A model generated the notes under the pieces. The model saw only the letters and a program-made list of their open reading frames with translations. It ran no database searches and had not been told where the DNA came from. A program made the position numbers and the translations under genes. Below, in pieces: positions 30,657-44,574 of a stretch of DNA of 64,000 nt. This stretch comes from the human T2T-CHM13v2.0 reference genome, Homo sapiens. Position 1 is the stretch's first letter, and each line of letters opens with the position of its first letter. Location of the stretch: assembly GCF_009914755.1 (NCBI RefSeq), contig NC_060927.1. One strand, 5' to 3'.

Positions 30657-33600
30657 TAGGCAACCTGGATGCTAAAGTTGTCCAAAGCTCACTTTCCCTA
30701 TGTGTCAAGTGGAGGATAACATTCTCTGATTAGAAAACATTCTCTGATTACAAAAATCAAATAGGAAAGCCTTTTAAAAATGATAAATCACCAAACCAAA
30801 AGGAAAGATGTTAAGTTTTGCATGGTAAACATTCAATCGAAATTCAGTGCATGACATCATTTTTAAAGTTCACCTGGTGCAAGATGCTTAAAATCTGAAA
30901 TATTGAGGCCTATGGGAATTTGTTACAATCAGCAAAATTGCACTGTCACTAAATTGTTCACATTCTACCTGATGCTAGTATTTTCATTTAGTTTTGGAAG
31001 GCAAAAAAATGATCAATTTTACTGAAATTTTTCAGAGTTGCCTTGTTCAACCTCACAAATACAAGTATCAGTATATAGCATACACTGAGATAATTTAAGA
31101 GATCTTGGTGGACTTTAGAATTGGTTTTATAGATGTAGGTTTCACTTACAGAGCTATTGTTTTTCTAACACTTTAAAACATGTGTTGATGTACTGCCAAA
31201 TCATGAACGAAGGCAAACATGTAAATAAATAAGAGAAGAAAAAGAAAAAAGAGAAAAGAAATGTTAACGCAGGTCTTAAAGTTGCTTTGCGACATTTTTA
31301 TTCAAGAGAATAACTTAAGAGTTAAAATGTCAGAACTATGGTTAGTCATTTATTCTCTAGTCTACTTCTACGAATGCCAGATTATAGGTTGCATGTCTGT
31401 GCTGCAAATTTGCTGCCTCTTATAGAATAGAGCTTCCTGAGATTAAACATAAAGAAGAAAAACAGTATTGAGATTTAAATTTGCCTGGAGGAAACTGCAT
31501 AAATGTGACTTTTGGTCTAATGGAATATAATAGCAATGATAATTTTGGTTGTAGCATAAACTCAGGCATAAAAGCACGAAGTACACAGTAGCTCCTACGA
31601 CTAACGCTATTATATTTTCTCTCTCTTCTTCTCCTTCTCTTTCTTCTCTTTAAATCCCTTTTCAGATATGAAATCTACTCCCTCAGCTGATACAAAGATA
31701 TTTCTAAGTAAAAATAAATTTTCTCTGTGTTATATTTTAGAAAGATAAACTGAACAAACCACACCAGTTTCCACTTAATCTAGAAAACCTCTCAACATTG
31801 CAATCCCTCCTAGAAGGACTTTCTTTTTTACAGTCCTGTAAGTTCTTTCTGATGTATAAATATATCCCCTGAAGAAACACCCAAATAACCTCAGCCACAT
31901 TTGCCATATTATAACATCAGGATCTTCAGTGAGAAGGCTTAAAAGTCTTGATTACTAGAAATGCGATTTTCGTGGTTAATGACAGCTTCTAAGAATCAAC
32001 GTCTTTAACTTGTAAAGGAGAGGCTTGACTGCAATTTCTACATCAATGTCAGATTAAGAAAATACGCCTGAATATGGAAAAATATTTAGAGATTCACACA
32101 AAAAAGAGGCTCCCAGAGCAAAAATAAATTAATCTTGTTGATAATAACTGTGAAGTAGCTTTACACAATATGTAAAGTACTTAAAGCATGCTCACCCTGA
32201 GACCTACGCTACACTTCTGAAGGCTGAGGAGCCTGCTAGTAACATACAGAAAACATTTCTTCCCCAAAGTCTGAATGAACACTTAGGCTGTGTCCATCGG
32301 GGTCACAGGAGTTGGAAAAATAATTGCAATTACATATTAGTCTTTGCTGTGGAAAGATGTCTTAGATATAACTGTACAGCTAGGGAAACAGGCCAACATG
32401 GTAGAGTGAGGAATTTGAAAAAGCATTTGAAAGGTGATTCTGTTTGGAATTTCTCTAGTTGCTCAGTTCTAATAAAAATATACTATAGCTTTTCACATTT
32501 TTATCCTTGCACATCTGCCCAGTCTTTCAGTGGTACAGGCCATACCTTAATTACTCAAAAGTTCCTTAAGTTTGGGGTAGGAATAGTGCTTTTAAAAAGC
32601 ACTTTCTCATAAACTAATACAGTAGGGAAATTACTGAATTATTAAATTGTGTGCTCCTGATCTTTTCTATGGTCTTGGAGTTCAAGCAGGTACCCAGAGT
32701 TTGCAATTATTGCTTTAGGGCTTTTTGCCATAGCTGAGAGGTGAAGCAGTCTTTTCCTCCAGGCATATGAGAAATCAGAAATTGATTGAGAAGTCTATGA
32801 CATGTTGCTGAAAAGAAGGAAGCAGCAGAGTACTACTGCGGTGGAGGGGCGATCTAAGAGAATGCAAAATGACTGAGGTTTTCCAGAGTGTGATTCCTAG
32901 GAATTAACTATCCCCAGCACAAGCCCTAGCTTTAGAGAGAGAGGATGGGAAAGGCTCAAAGAAGTGGCTTTCTAGCGGCTTAATGGTGCGCCCAGGAGAA
33001 GCACCTCTAAGAAGCTAGAATCTGGTGTAAATCACAGCCCAAAGCTGCAGACACTTGGAACCTTGCTGACCAAAATATAGTATCTGTCCTTGACAAAGCT
33101 TAATAAAGAGAACTGATAACCTATTAGTGGTTTGCCTGATTTCCTTAATCCTATGAAGCTATGGCATAAAAAGGTCATGTAACTAGTCAGAGGTAGAGTA
33201 AAAGCAAAACCCAGGCCTTCTCAAGCCCCAACCAGGTACTTTTGTGTTACAGGGCTTCAACCTGAACTTTTTCAGTTGAAGTTATTTCTAAATTCTAATC
33301 CCCTACCAGCTGTCAAAGATTTCACCTCTGGAAATCCAGATGCTAAAGCAATTTTTCAGCAGTAGAAACATGGAAGAATTTATATTTTGATGAGTCATAT
33401 ATTTTATGAGTCATGGTACCAAAAAACCCTGAATGAATAAAAGAGGTGCTACATGCAAAGGACTTTTTTAGTTATTTGAATGCATCACATTATGTATATT
33501 CAAAACAGTCGTTGCTGGAGTTCCACTGTTTAAGAAAGTTTGAAAATGTGACAAAAAAGAGGCACTGATCTACTATCACGATATCAAAAAATTAAAATAA

Positions 33601-33849
33601 GAAATATATCCATTGATAAGGCTGCACCAATAACTGAACAATTGCATTTCTATGTTTTTGATAGGAACAATAGCAAAATATTCTAATGATCCAATTGTTT
33701 TATGCTGATTAGGATCTTCTTAACCTCTTGACAAATTTTAGATTACTAAAAAAGAGGGGAATTAAATAATTACATCATGGGTGTAGTTGATTGAATGTAA
33801 CAATATTTTTGCAGTTTCCTCTCCTTTGGGTGTGTCTGTGTGCCAATGT

Positions 33850-34033
33850 TATTGAGAAATTTTTTATATCCTCCAAAATTAAGTGCATACTTTTATGAGT
33901 TTTGGTAAGTAGAATCATGAAATACCACCATAGTCATGATACAGAACATTTCCATCATCCTAGAAAGTTCCCTCTTATTCCTTTGCAATCAGTATTCTCT
34001 CATATCCTGACATTTGGCAGCCACTAATCTGTT
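33850..34033 (-). mobile_element. L1MC/ME 3' end fragment
   Basis: atacagaacatttccatcatcctagaaagttccctc...ggcagccactaatctg. Confidence 0.75.
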
Positions 34034-34034
34034 T

Positions 34035-34602
34035 ATTTTTTTGTGGTAGGAATATTTAACATGAGACCACACTTTCACAATGTTTCAGTGTACAGTAAAA
34101 CATTGCTGACTATAGGCACCATGTCGTGCAGCAGATACCTAGGACATTTTCATCTTGTATATCTCAATTTTTATATCTGTTGATTAGCAACTCCTCATTT
34201 CTCCTTCTCAGCCTCTGGTGACTAACATTCTACTCCCTGCTTCTATAAGTGTGACTATTTAAATACCTTATATAAGTGAATTATTCAGTCCCACTGTGAC
34301 TGACTTATTTCACTTAGCCCAATTGACTTATTTCTCTTAGCATAATATCCTCAAAGCTCATCCATGATGTAGAATATTGCAGGATTTCCTTTTTTTTAAA
34401 AAAGGACAAATAATATTTCGATCTATGTGTATACCACATTTTCTTTATTCATTTGTTTGTCCATGAAAACTTAGGTTGTTTCCACATTTTGGCTAGTCAG
34501 TAGTGCTACAGTGAACATGGGAGTGGTCATATCTCTTTGAGATCGTGATTTCAATTACTTCGGATAAATATTTAGAAATAGGATTTCTGGAGTATGTGGT
34601 AG
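34035..34602 (-). mobile_element. L1MA9-like 3' end
   Basis: ttttttgtggtaggaatatttaacatgaga...gactataggcaccatgtcgtgcagcagat...ttaggttgtttcca. Confidence 0.85.
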
Positions 34603-35026
34603 GAAATAATAAAGATTAGAAGAATAAATGAAATAGAAAATAGAAAAACAACAAATATATAAATAAAATTGAGTTGGTTTTTTAAAAGATAAAATTGATA
34701 ATCTACCTAAAATAAGAAAAAAAGAGAAGATTCAAATAAGTAATATCAGAAGTAAAAAGGAGACTTTAAAATCAATGCTACAGAAATACAAAGAATCAAA
34801 AGAGACTAATGTGAATGATTACACATCAACAAATTGGACAATCTAAAAGAAATAAACAAATTCCTAGGAACTTACAACCTACCAAGACAGAATCGTAAAG
34901 AAATAGAATGCCTGAATAGTCGTATAACTAGTAAGGAAACTGAAGCAGTAATCAAAAGCCTCCCAACAAAGAAAAGTCCAGGACCATATGGCTTCACTGG
35001 TGAATTCTACCAAACATATAAAGAAG
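34603..35026 (+). mobile_element. L1 ORF2 internal fragment, opposite orientation to the adjacent L1MA 3' end
   Basis: Translation [19 protein letters not shown]...[22 protein letters not shown]. Confidence 0.9.
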
Positions 35027-35992
35027 GGGAATGCTACTTTTATCTCATCTTACATAGACTCTAAACGTGCTGGCAGACATCACATGTATTTGTTGTGAAT
35101 AGATAATTAGAGATCATAGTCTTCTGTCTTAGAACATAGCCATCATTCCATAAACATGAACATTATCTTCTATTAAATTTTCATTACTTAAACCTATTTG
35201 AGACTTCTTTCTTAAAGTTTTATCAACAGTGTAAGCACTACTTCTACGTGGTCACTCTCACTATGTCTGAATTACATAACACACTCAAACATCATATCTG
35301 TTGTTGCCTATAATATTGGTACTTGGGTTATACACATGCATGTAACTGTCACATCCCCTTTCTAATTCAACGCATTTTACTATTGCTACATATTATAAGT
35401 CTTGAAAACACTAACATCAAAGTAAATTTTTTTCTTCATATGTAACTCTACTTCATGCATCTTACATATTCAGTGTAATAGTGCCACTTCTTATATGGTA
35501 AGAAAGAGAATTCTAAATTGATTCAAAAGAATGAGCTAATACTTAAAGAGTTTGTGAATTGCTAATTTAAATATTTATACAAGTTATTACATAGCATGCT
35601 TTTCTGGTTCTTTAACACAGGAGAATGTGACATCTGAATATTCCACATGTCCTTTCTCTAACATCCATTGCCTATTTTTAATTAAAAGAATAAAATATAA
35701 AAGAAAGCTTCTAACATGGGACATCACAATAATTAAAGAATATTCTATTCTGTTCTTCCATTCACACCACAAATAGAATTTGGTTATATTTCCAAACTGT
35801 ATGTGAAACCCATTTCTTTTTTTTTTTTTTTTTTTTTTTCTACCACCATCGCTCTACACATCATTACCTCTGGTCTGAATCACTCTCATATCTTCTAATG
35901 CAGATGTCCTCAAAATTTTTTCTTCTATGACCTAAAAGATTTGAGAAACTTATGTTTTTTTCTAATTGAATATTATTGAGTAGAGGTCTAAA

Positions 35993-36268
<276 letters not shown>

Positions 36269-36399
36269 TGAGTTTAAATAGTTGCAAATTATGGCAACTT
36301 ATAATTTATTATCAATATGGACATGTAAAATTAAGCTGTTATATCTCTCTTTCAAAGGCTTAATGGATAATAGATATAAAAAATGTATACTCACTTTAT

Positions 36400-37810
36400 C
36401 AAACATTTGCACATGATGGAAAAACTTGTTCCACATTAGCCCTTCTGCCACAAAGAACTAGGAAAGTGGATAATTCTTTAAACAATTATTTTCCAACATT
36501 GCACAGAAAGAAATATGGGATTATGATCCCTGAGACAAAGAAAACAAAGTAAGCCCTACAATCACGACAGCTTTGTGCTTGTCAGTATTTACAGAAGATG
36601 GGATAGTGAAGGAAGGCCAAGTGAAGTGCAGTAGTCTCTTTGAGCTGTAGACACAAAAATCAGAGATTGACATGAAGTAGCCTGGAATTTGTGAGGCAAA
36701 AGATACAAAAGAAGGGATTTACTTAGATAAAATGATTTAAAATCTGTATAGTAGTTTCCTTGAGCATTTGGCTGAATGCTAAATTAAATGATTAAGGTAA
36801 GACTTCCCCAAGCCAGAAAAGATCAATTAATGGAGACAGGACAAGTATCCGGGAGCTAAAAGTTAGAAATTGAACAGAACTCACACGTGGTTGAGAGATG
36901 TTAAAACTCTGACCAGCCAAAGGGAGAAACATTGTTGAACACTTGGGATACTTCGTTAAGATTCCAGAAGGGCAATGCCTTAAAAGAAAGAATAAACTGG
37001 CCTTAGGTAAAGGCTATACTATACCTTTCCTAGTGGGCCTTAAAAATGTGCCTAAAAATTACAGAACAGATCCACAACTAAATTAATTGCCTGCCAAAAC
37101 AAAACTGAACATTCTTTAAAGAAAAATAAAAAATTCCAGAAAAACCATTATGTATCATTCAAATATTTGGCATCCAATAAAAATAATTAACATGTAAAGA
37201 AGCCAGAAAATATAACTCATAACTAGGCAATAAAAACAAATCTAGAAATGAGAAAGATAAAATCAAAGGGCAAGGATTTTAAAACAGCTAATATTATTAC
37301 CATGTTTAAAATTTTAAGAAAACATAAAAACAATGAAAAGACAAATGGAAAGTACATTAAAAAAGAACCAAATAAAAACTATAGAAGTAAAAACAAAAAG
37401 TAAGTGAAATAAAAAATTCACTAGATGGCCTTGATAGCTGATCAGGCATTACAGAAGAAAAGATTGTGAATTTGATGAAAGCAACTACAGGCATACCTTG
37501 GAGACATGGAGCAACCAGAACTCTCACATTGCTAGTAAGAGTGTGAAAGTTACAGTTGCTTTAGTTTGGCAACTTCTTGGAAAGTTAAATATACACTCAA
37601 TATATGTCCAGCAATTCCACTCCTAAGTGTTTTTACAATAGAAACGAAAATATATTCTCCACAAAACAAAAACTTGTACATGAATGTTCATAGAACCTTT
37701 ATTTAAAATACTAAAAACTAAAAATCTCTCGTGTCCTTAAATAGCCAATGAATAAACAAATTATAGTATATTCACTTAAAAAACACTCAACAGCAATAAA
37801 AAGCAAAAAA
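36400..37810 (+). mobile_element. Old L1M fragments (5'UTR/ORF1 region followed by a 3' piece)
   Basis: aaaattcactagatggccttgatagc...gaagaaaagattgtgaa; ccagcaattccactcctaag; catgaatgttcatag. Confidence 0.7.
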
Positions 37811-37924
37811 GAAAATATCTTGTGGTCATGACTCCATATGTTAATATTTTCATGTGATTAATAATAGCTGATTAAAAGAACATAAAATGATAAATTTTAT
37901 GAAATATTTTCAATGACATACAAT

Positions 37925-38335
37925 TCAAAACCCTCCTACACGTCCCCACTGCATTTAAAAAGGTGCCAACTCAACTATGAGGCCAGTCAGTCTGTAGTCT
38001 CTCATTTTATCCTTCTACTTCTTCTCTAATATTGGGGTCCAGATATAGACAACATTCTATTTTTCAAGCATAAGAAATTCACACCTACCTTGGCCTTTGT
38101 CTCCTGGTTGCTCAACCTAACACAGTCCCTGTTGACACTCCTTGTCTTGTTGCCCTGTTACAATTTCCAATCATTTATTACTGTCTGATATTGTTACTTA
38201 TCTTTCTCTTCTAAAATGCTTCATGACAGCAAAATCAAAACTTCTTATCTTTTTTATTTTCTTTCCAATGTCTAGACTCTGTTTGGTAGATTCTCAAAAT
38301 GTATTTTCTGAATGGATGAGTGAATGAATGAATGC
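37925..38335 (+). mobile_element. L2 3' part
   Basis: Ends tgaatggatgagtgaatgaatgaatg. Confidence 0.6.
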
Positions 38336-39844
38336 CAAATAGTTTTTATGAGCATCGGGTTTTTAGTTTTCGTTGTTAAACAATTAAAAATTGCTCTGTT
38401 TTTCAATGTGAATTTATTGTTTCCTAAAGCTACAGGATACACTTTATATGTCTCTCATTGGGTTGCACATCTCTAAGGAATAAGATTCCTTATTCCTTAA
38501 GGAATGAGAGGCAATTTAGAGAAGGTAGAAATTCCAACAAGCTCAATTAATTGCATAGTACTTTCCCTCAGGACATTTCCAACACTAATCCTAGGTCTTA
38601 GTCACAAAAGAGGCTCCCCAAGTGACTGTAATAGACAGCATTCATTTAAAAACTGTCACCTCTAGACCTGTGGCTTTATTGATTTTACATTACTTTTACT
38701 TTTGAGGCATCAAAATCAGGAACACGATGAATATCATGCTAAATGTGTGATTGGTAGGGAATTACTTTATCAAAAGAATTCTGAAAAAATGTTGCTATAC
38801 CACATAGCATGAGATTAGGCAGTAATTACTATCCTGAGCATAGCAGTAAATTATATTTCTACAGTACTACTTAGGACAAGATGATTATGTCATTACTAAA
38901 AAACTGACAAAGAATAAAATTGGGGGTAAGATGAAAAGTTATGAATTGATGAGTTACCTCAAGGGATAAAGGTCAGTACAAAATATATGAAACTTAATGG
39001 AAGGGAGAAGGGAAGACGGATTAGGATATTGAAAAAGAGTGAGACTTGAAGAAAATTGTATTCAAAGAAATAATGTTCTCTCTAAAGCCCCTGGTTAAGT
39101 CATCATGAAATACAGAATAATCCCGTGAGGAAAATATGTTAAATATCCAAGTCTAGAAATCAGTTTCAATTTCTTCCACTTGTTCCCTCCACACTAATAA
39201 AACATCCCTCTGGACCTATTTTTGAGATTTCCTTTGCATGTAGTAAAAGCCAATTAAAGTTCTCCATACATTTCAAAAAACTGACTTCAAAGAAATTGAA
39301 AAGAGTGTGTGATCAAACTAAACATATAGCAAAAAGATACATTTAGAGTAGGGTTTAAAAAAACAGCAAATATACATTAAAATCAAGTGTGATTGGTGTT
39401 ATATATTCTTACCTACTTAAGAGAATAAAGATTTTCTTATTGTTGGCAAGAGTGCCTATAATTACTTTCCATAAAAGGACAGTAAAAGGTCTGGAAAAGT
39501 CTGTCTTCTTTTATAAATATTTTCCTGTATCGTGGTTTTAAAACATTTTTTAGGAAGAAAAGTGGTAATATCTATTAGATCAGAAATAATATGTTCAGTA
39601 AGTCAATCCACTTTAATATTTATAGCATGATGGTGATCAAGGTCATTACAATTAGTAACAATAATGCTAAAGGTTTCAAGTGTTTTAGAGTTTAATTGTT
39701 TAAAATTGCAGTCTTTTTTTTTTTTTTTTAGTTCAAGAATGTCACTTTATCATATCATAAATGCCTCAGTACGTAATTGTGGGGAAAAAAATGAAGTGGA
39801 CCCGAACAAAAGGGAAGCTAGAAAAAAATATGGAGGATAAATTT

Positions 39845-40030
39845 AACTTAGACTTGGAAGAATGAATTTTGAGCCTCGATTTTATTACGTGTTAATGTGA
39901 CTCTTGACATGTCATTTCATCACGATGAGTGAATTTCCTCATCTGTAAAAAAGAGGGCCAAGAATAATTTCTTCATGGATTACAGTAAGGATTAACTGAA
40001 AATATGACTGTGATGTTATTCATTAAAATA
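39845..40030 (+). mobile_element. MIR
   Basis: tttcctcatctgtaaaa core; gtaaggattaactga. Confidence 0.7.
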
Positions 40031-40305
40031 TAAAGCTGAAAACAAAAGGAAGATTATATACTGTATAATTCCATGTATATGAAGTTCAAGAAAGGCAATA
40101 TAAATATATAATAATAGAAATGAGAAGAGTGATTATGGCAGATTGGACTATTGACGGAAAAGGAAAATAATTTAATATTCTGGGATGATAAAATATTCTA
40201 TACCTTTAGGTGGTGATTAAAAGGGCATATACAAATATAAAAAGTAATTCAGATGCATATTTAAGGTTTGTACATTTTGGAAATTAAACTGCAATAAAAT
40301 AAACA
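40030..40305 (+). mobile_element. L1ME 3' end
   Basis: tatatactgtataattccatgtatatgaagttcaagaaaggcaa...caataaaa. Confidence 0.75.
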
Positions 40306-40641
40306 AGAAAGATAGTACTGCTGTGATATTTACCCATATTACTTAGCATGCACAAAAGGGCAGTCTTAACTTTCCTTATCTATTTTTCTATTCTCATCTT
40401 GGGCCGCTCCATTCATCCTTAAAGGAGAGCTTTTGAACCGGTTATCATTTCCTGGCTACAATATTTGCTTTTTAACCATAGAAAAGAAAACTTTCAATGC
40501 CCACCTCCACTTATTTACATCCTATTCCAACCTTGCCTAGGAAACTTAAAGTATCTCTTAAAACGGAGCTCATATGCCACTTATTCAAAAAGCCCTTCCA
40601 AAAATATTCTATGCAGATGGAGAGAATCAGATAATTCTTTG

Positions 40642-40798
40642 CCGGATTAGCTTCATGGGCACGCAACCTTGGCAATAATATAGGCCTTGCACTTGGTTTA
40701 ATGATCTTCTGTAGACATCTTAAAATTCTTAACAACTTTTCAACAAGGGACCAGGCATTTTATTTTACTCTGTGCCCTGAAATTACGTACCCAGTCCT
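40642..40798 (+). mobile_element. MER45A-like (hAT-Tip100 MITE)
   Basis: gcttcatgggcacgcaacct...ttggtttaatg...aattcttaacaacttttcaacaaggg...aaattacgtacccagtcct. Confidence 0.75.
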
Positions 40799-42384
40799 AT
40801 TCTTATGAGTTTTTGCTGTACCTGTACCAGCATCTTTTTGTTGTTGTTGTTGGGATTTATTATTTCTTATCTGTCTCTTTGACTTACCAAAAATACCTTT
40901 AATCCTGACTATGGCTTTTCCATTTCAGTTCCCAGGGTCTGTCATAACTTTTGGCATTTAATAGGCACTTAATAAATATTTGTTGACTGATAGATTAACT
41001 GACCTATTAATTGAATGAACTAAATAATAACTGAGTAAATTAATTAATGTCATTGGGTAACAGTGATATGGCCAGCTAAGGAATGATGACAGGTTTGAGT
41101 AGTAAATTGAAAATTATAATTAATGTCTTCATTAATCTGATCTGTAAATTCACTCAGCAAACATTAAGTACCTACTTTGTACCAGAAAGATGTGACTGGC
41201 TGGCACTCACATCTATACAACATGATTTTTACCCATATCCAAACTCCACCAGAATTCTTACTTGGCTTTTCTCAGTGGCTTCTCAGACTTCTTTTAATAA
41301 ATGGGCAATGTTGTTATCAAAAGCTACATTACTACTCCCCACACCCATTCCCATACCTATCTCTGAAAGTAACAGCATATTGTTATTTTCTCTGAGAAAT
41401 CGCTAGCAATCTAGTCCTTGCATACTGTCTCAAAATAATTTGTTTGCTTTCCCTTAAGAATTTTTTAGCTGATAAAAAAAATTTTACTCTTCGGCATCCC
41501 AAATTGCTTACTCAAGCTGATATTGCACCTGGACCACACAGGGAATTAATCATTGTGTGGTGTGTGAAAAGATGCATACTGTACAGACTGCTGAGAAGTT
41601 GCATCTCTTCATGGAGATAAGGTATTACAGCCTCCACATTTGCCCTCTTCTGTGGCTATAAGATCTTCCTCGGCATCTCTACTGTTTTAATCCAGTGAGT
41701 CTAGATTCCATTGCTTTCCTATTTGCAAAGAAAGTTAGAATCACTGCATTAATCAGAATCCATTAAAAGTACAGTTTTTAGTTTTCCTCACCATACTAAT
41801 CAGAAAAGATCATCCAAATAAGATATATACCAATATAGACCTGGAGCTCTTCTGTTTGCAGAATCTCCATTTAGTCTACCCCCAAAATGTTTACTTAACC
41901 GTTTGTGCTAAAAGGTACAGAATGAGAAGGTGATATTAAAGTAAATTTAAAGTAATAACTTAAGTAAACTCCTCTTCACTGTAGATACAGTTTAAGGGTT
42001 ATGAGCTGATCTAGATCATGCTTGACTCTTCATAATAATGAATTGTGGTGACAACTATAATATCCTATGATTTTTTTTTTAGTTTATTTACATCTTGCTG
42101 AGGTTTTTAGAGGTGGTAGCTAATAACAACATGCTGCCACCAAACACAGAACTGGATGAAATCTGTCTATCAATCACTTATCTATCCTCTAAGTTTATGT
42201 GTAAAGATATACATATATAGTATTCATGTGTGTGTCTGTGTGTGTAACTTGGTTTTAAGAGTTTCACTAGCTGAAGCATAAGTCAACAAATATAAGTTAC
42301 AGAATGCTCATTATCTGAGAGGAGAAATTTTTTTCTTGCTATAATCTCCAAGATAAATTTTTCACATGAGGTATTTTATAGCAT

Positions 42385-43025
42385 TGGTTGATATTGATCT
42401 CTCCTACTTCCTTGATCACCGGTCATTTCTTCACAGACTTCTTTGATGGATCTATTTCAACAACTAAAGTGCAGACACTGGAATGTCCAGGATTACATCC
42501 ATGGACCCCTCTACTTTTCTGCTTGCATTCACTCTCTCTGTAATGTCATCCAGTCAATCCCTTGGCTTTAAATAACATTCCTAATATTTTCTCGTCTTTC
42601 TGAACCCCTTCTCTCAACTTCAGACTCAACTGCCTCTAGGGCGTCTCCATTTTAATATCAATAAACACTTCAAAATTAACATGTAAAATATGCAACTCTT
42701 GATCTTTTCAAAATCGGCTGTAATCCTTTCAGCTACTCAGGCCAGAAATCTTGGAATTTTCCCCCTTATTTTCTTTCTTTCTTCTTTTTCATATAAACTA
42801 GTAGGAATTCTGTTGGGTCCACATTCAGAATAAATCCAGAATCTGACCACACACTCTTTCCACCATCGATACCCAGTCCAAGCCACCATCATCTCTTGCC
42901 TGAATTATTGCAGGGTATTTCTAACTAGTTGACCTGATTTTTCTCTTATCCCTCAACCTCTGAGAAGACACGTGAGGAACAACCAGCTCATAGGTGCTCA
43001 ATAATGACCTATTCAACAAATAAAT
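42385..43025 (+). mobile_element. L2 fragment with 3' tail
   Basis: ccaagccaccatcatctcttgcctgaattattgca; taggtgctcaataa. Confidence 0.8.
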
Positions 43026-43460
43026 GCAAGGCAATGTCCTTAAATTACGGATCAAAGGAGATTTTAGAAGGTGATTCCAAATCACTGTCTTAGAAATCTT
43101 TTTAAAAACGTCCAAGGCATGAAATGAAAACAAAATGCAGAAGAGGCCAATCTAAGTGGAGGTAAGGTAAATAGGTAACCTTCTCATGTTTAACCATGTT
43201 CCACCTAAGAAGGGTTCTATTCGAAGCAGAAATGCAATTTCTAGGTCCTTTCTCACATGTCACTTTCTCATTTAGGCCTTTCCTCACCGCAGTATTTAAA
43301 ACTGTAGTAACCTGATCTCAGCCCTCACCAACTCTCCCGATCCTCTTGGTCTTTTTAATGTCACTCTACAGCCCTATCAAATAGTATATATTTAGTTAGG
43401 TCATTTCATGGCACCAACAACAAAGTTAGTTATTTTTTCTATATTTTTATTGATGGTTTC

Positions 43461-43509
43461 TGTGATAGTTAATATTGTGCGTCAACATGATTGGATTGAA
43501 GGATGCAAA
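43461..43509 (+). mobile_element. MLT2A-type (HERV-L) LTR 5' stub
   Basis: tgtgatagttaatattgtgcgtcaacatgattggattgaaggatgcaaa resembles the first ~50 nt of MLT2A. Confidence 0.7.
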
Positions 43510-43583
43510 AGAGGGCAAGGTTTCTTGATGTTTTGCTCATAGTGTATCCTCAGGCCTAGAACAGTGCCTAGCACATAGTAAGT

Positions 43584-44078
43584 TGTATTCTTTAGGTGCC
43601 AGGGGAAACATAACTCTATTTAAGTAGTTTTAAGAGATTTTTTGTTGTTGTTGCTGTTCCTACAGGGAGTACACAGGGTGTGTGGTTGGAATTAAGGAAA
43701 TTAACAAGGGATTTGTGGTACCCAGAAATTAGCAACCACGGGGCCTCATAATTCTGAGGCCCAAAGAGGAAGTCGTGGGACTAAAGAAGTCCTGGAGCTC
43801 AGTGAGAGCTGAAGTAATGGAGGAGGAGTTGCAGCCTCAGAGGGAAAGAAAATGGCCCCAGTCACACAACCAGAGGAGCCAGGGAATGGGGTTTATACCC
43901 TGAAGTCTGTTGCCTCCTGCCCTTGACTCTCTTACTGATGCTGTTAATTGACCAAACACAACGGGAAGCAGAGGTCAATGGAACACAGCAATTCAGAGAG
44001 GAGTCACCTTTTCAAGGCATAGAGCCAAGCAGAGGAGGATGAAACGATCTGAGGGACAACTGGAGAACAATCAGCACA
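43584..44078 (-). mobile_element. Old MLT1-family LTR
   Basis: TG...CA ends; ttgaccaaacacaacgggaagcagagg...gagaacaatcagcaca. Confidence 0.6.
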
Positions 44079-44164
44079 TAGGGACTTAATAAATAGCCAT
44101 GGAACAAATGCAAGGCAATGTCCTTTAAATACAGTTTCAAAGGAATCCTAGAAATGCAATCCAG

Positions 44165-44408
<244 letters not shown>

Positions 44409-44574
44409 TCAGAAACGTCAGAAAAAGTCAAGGTCACAAAATCAAAATAAAACTCAGAAGAGGCAATTCTGAGGGGTGTTAAGGTAGGGAGGTAGCTTCA
44501 AATGTTCTAACATCGGCCACCAAGGAACAGTTATATGCACAGTGGACTCTGGTCAAATTTCAAAGGTTCACATG

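Larger units (their letters stand above)
43245..44108 (+). mobile_element. L2 3' part interrupted by an MLT2 stub and an MLT1-type LTR
   Basis: ggcctagaacagtgcctagcacatagtaag resuming at acttaataaata after the LTR. Confidence 0.7.
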
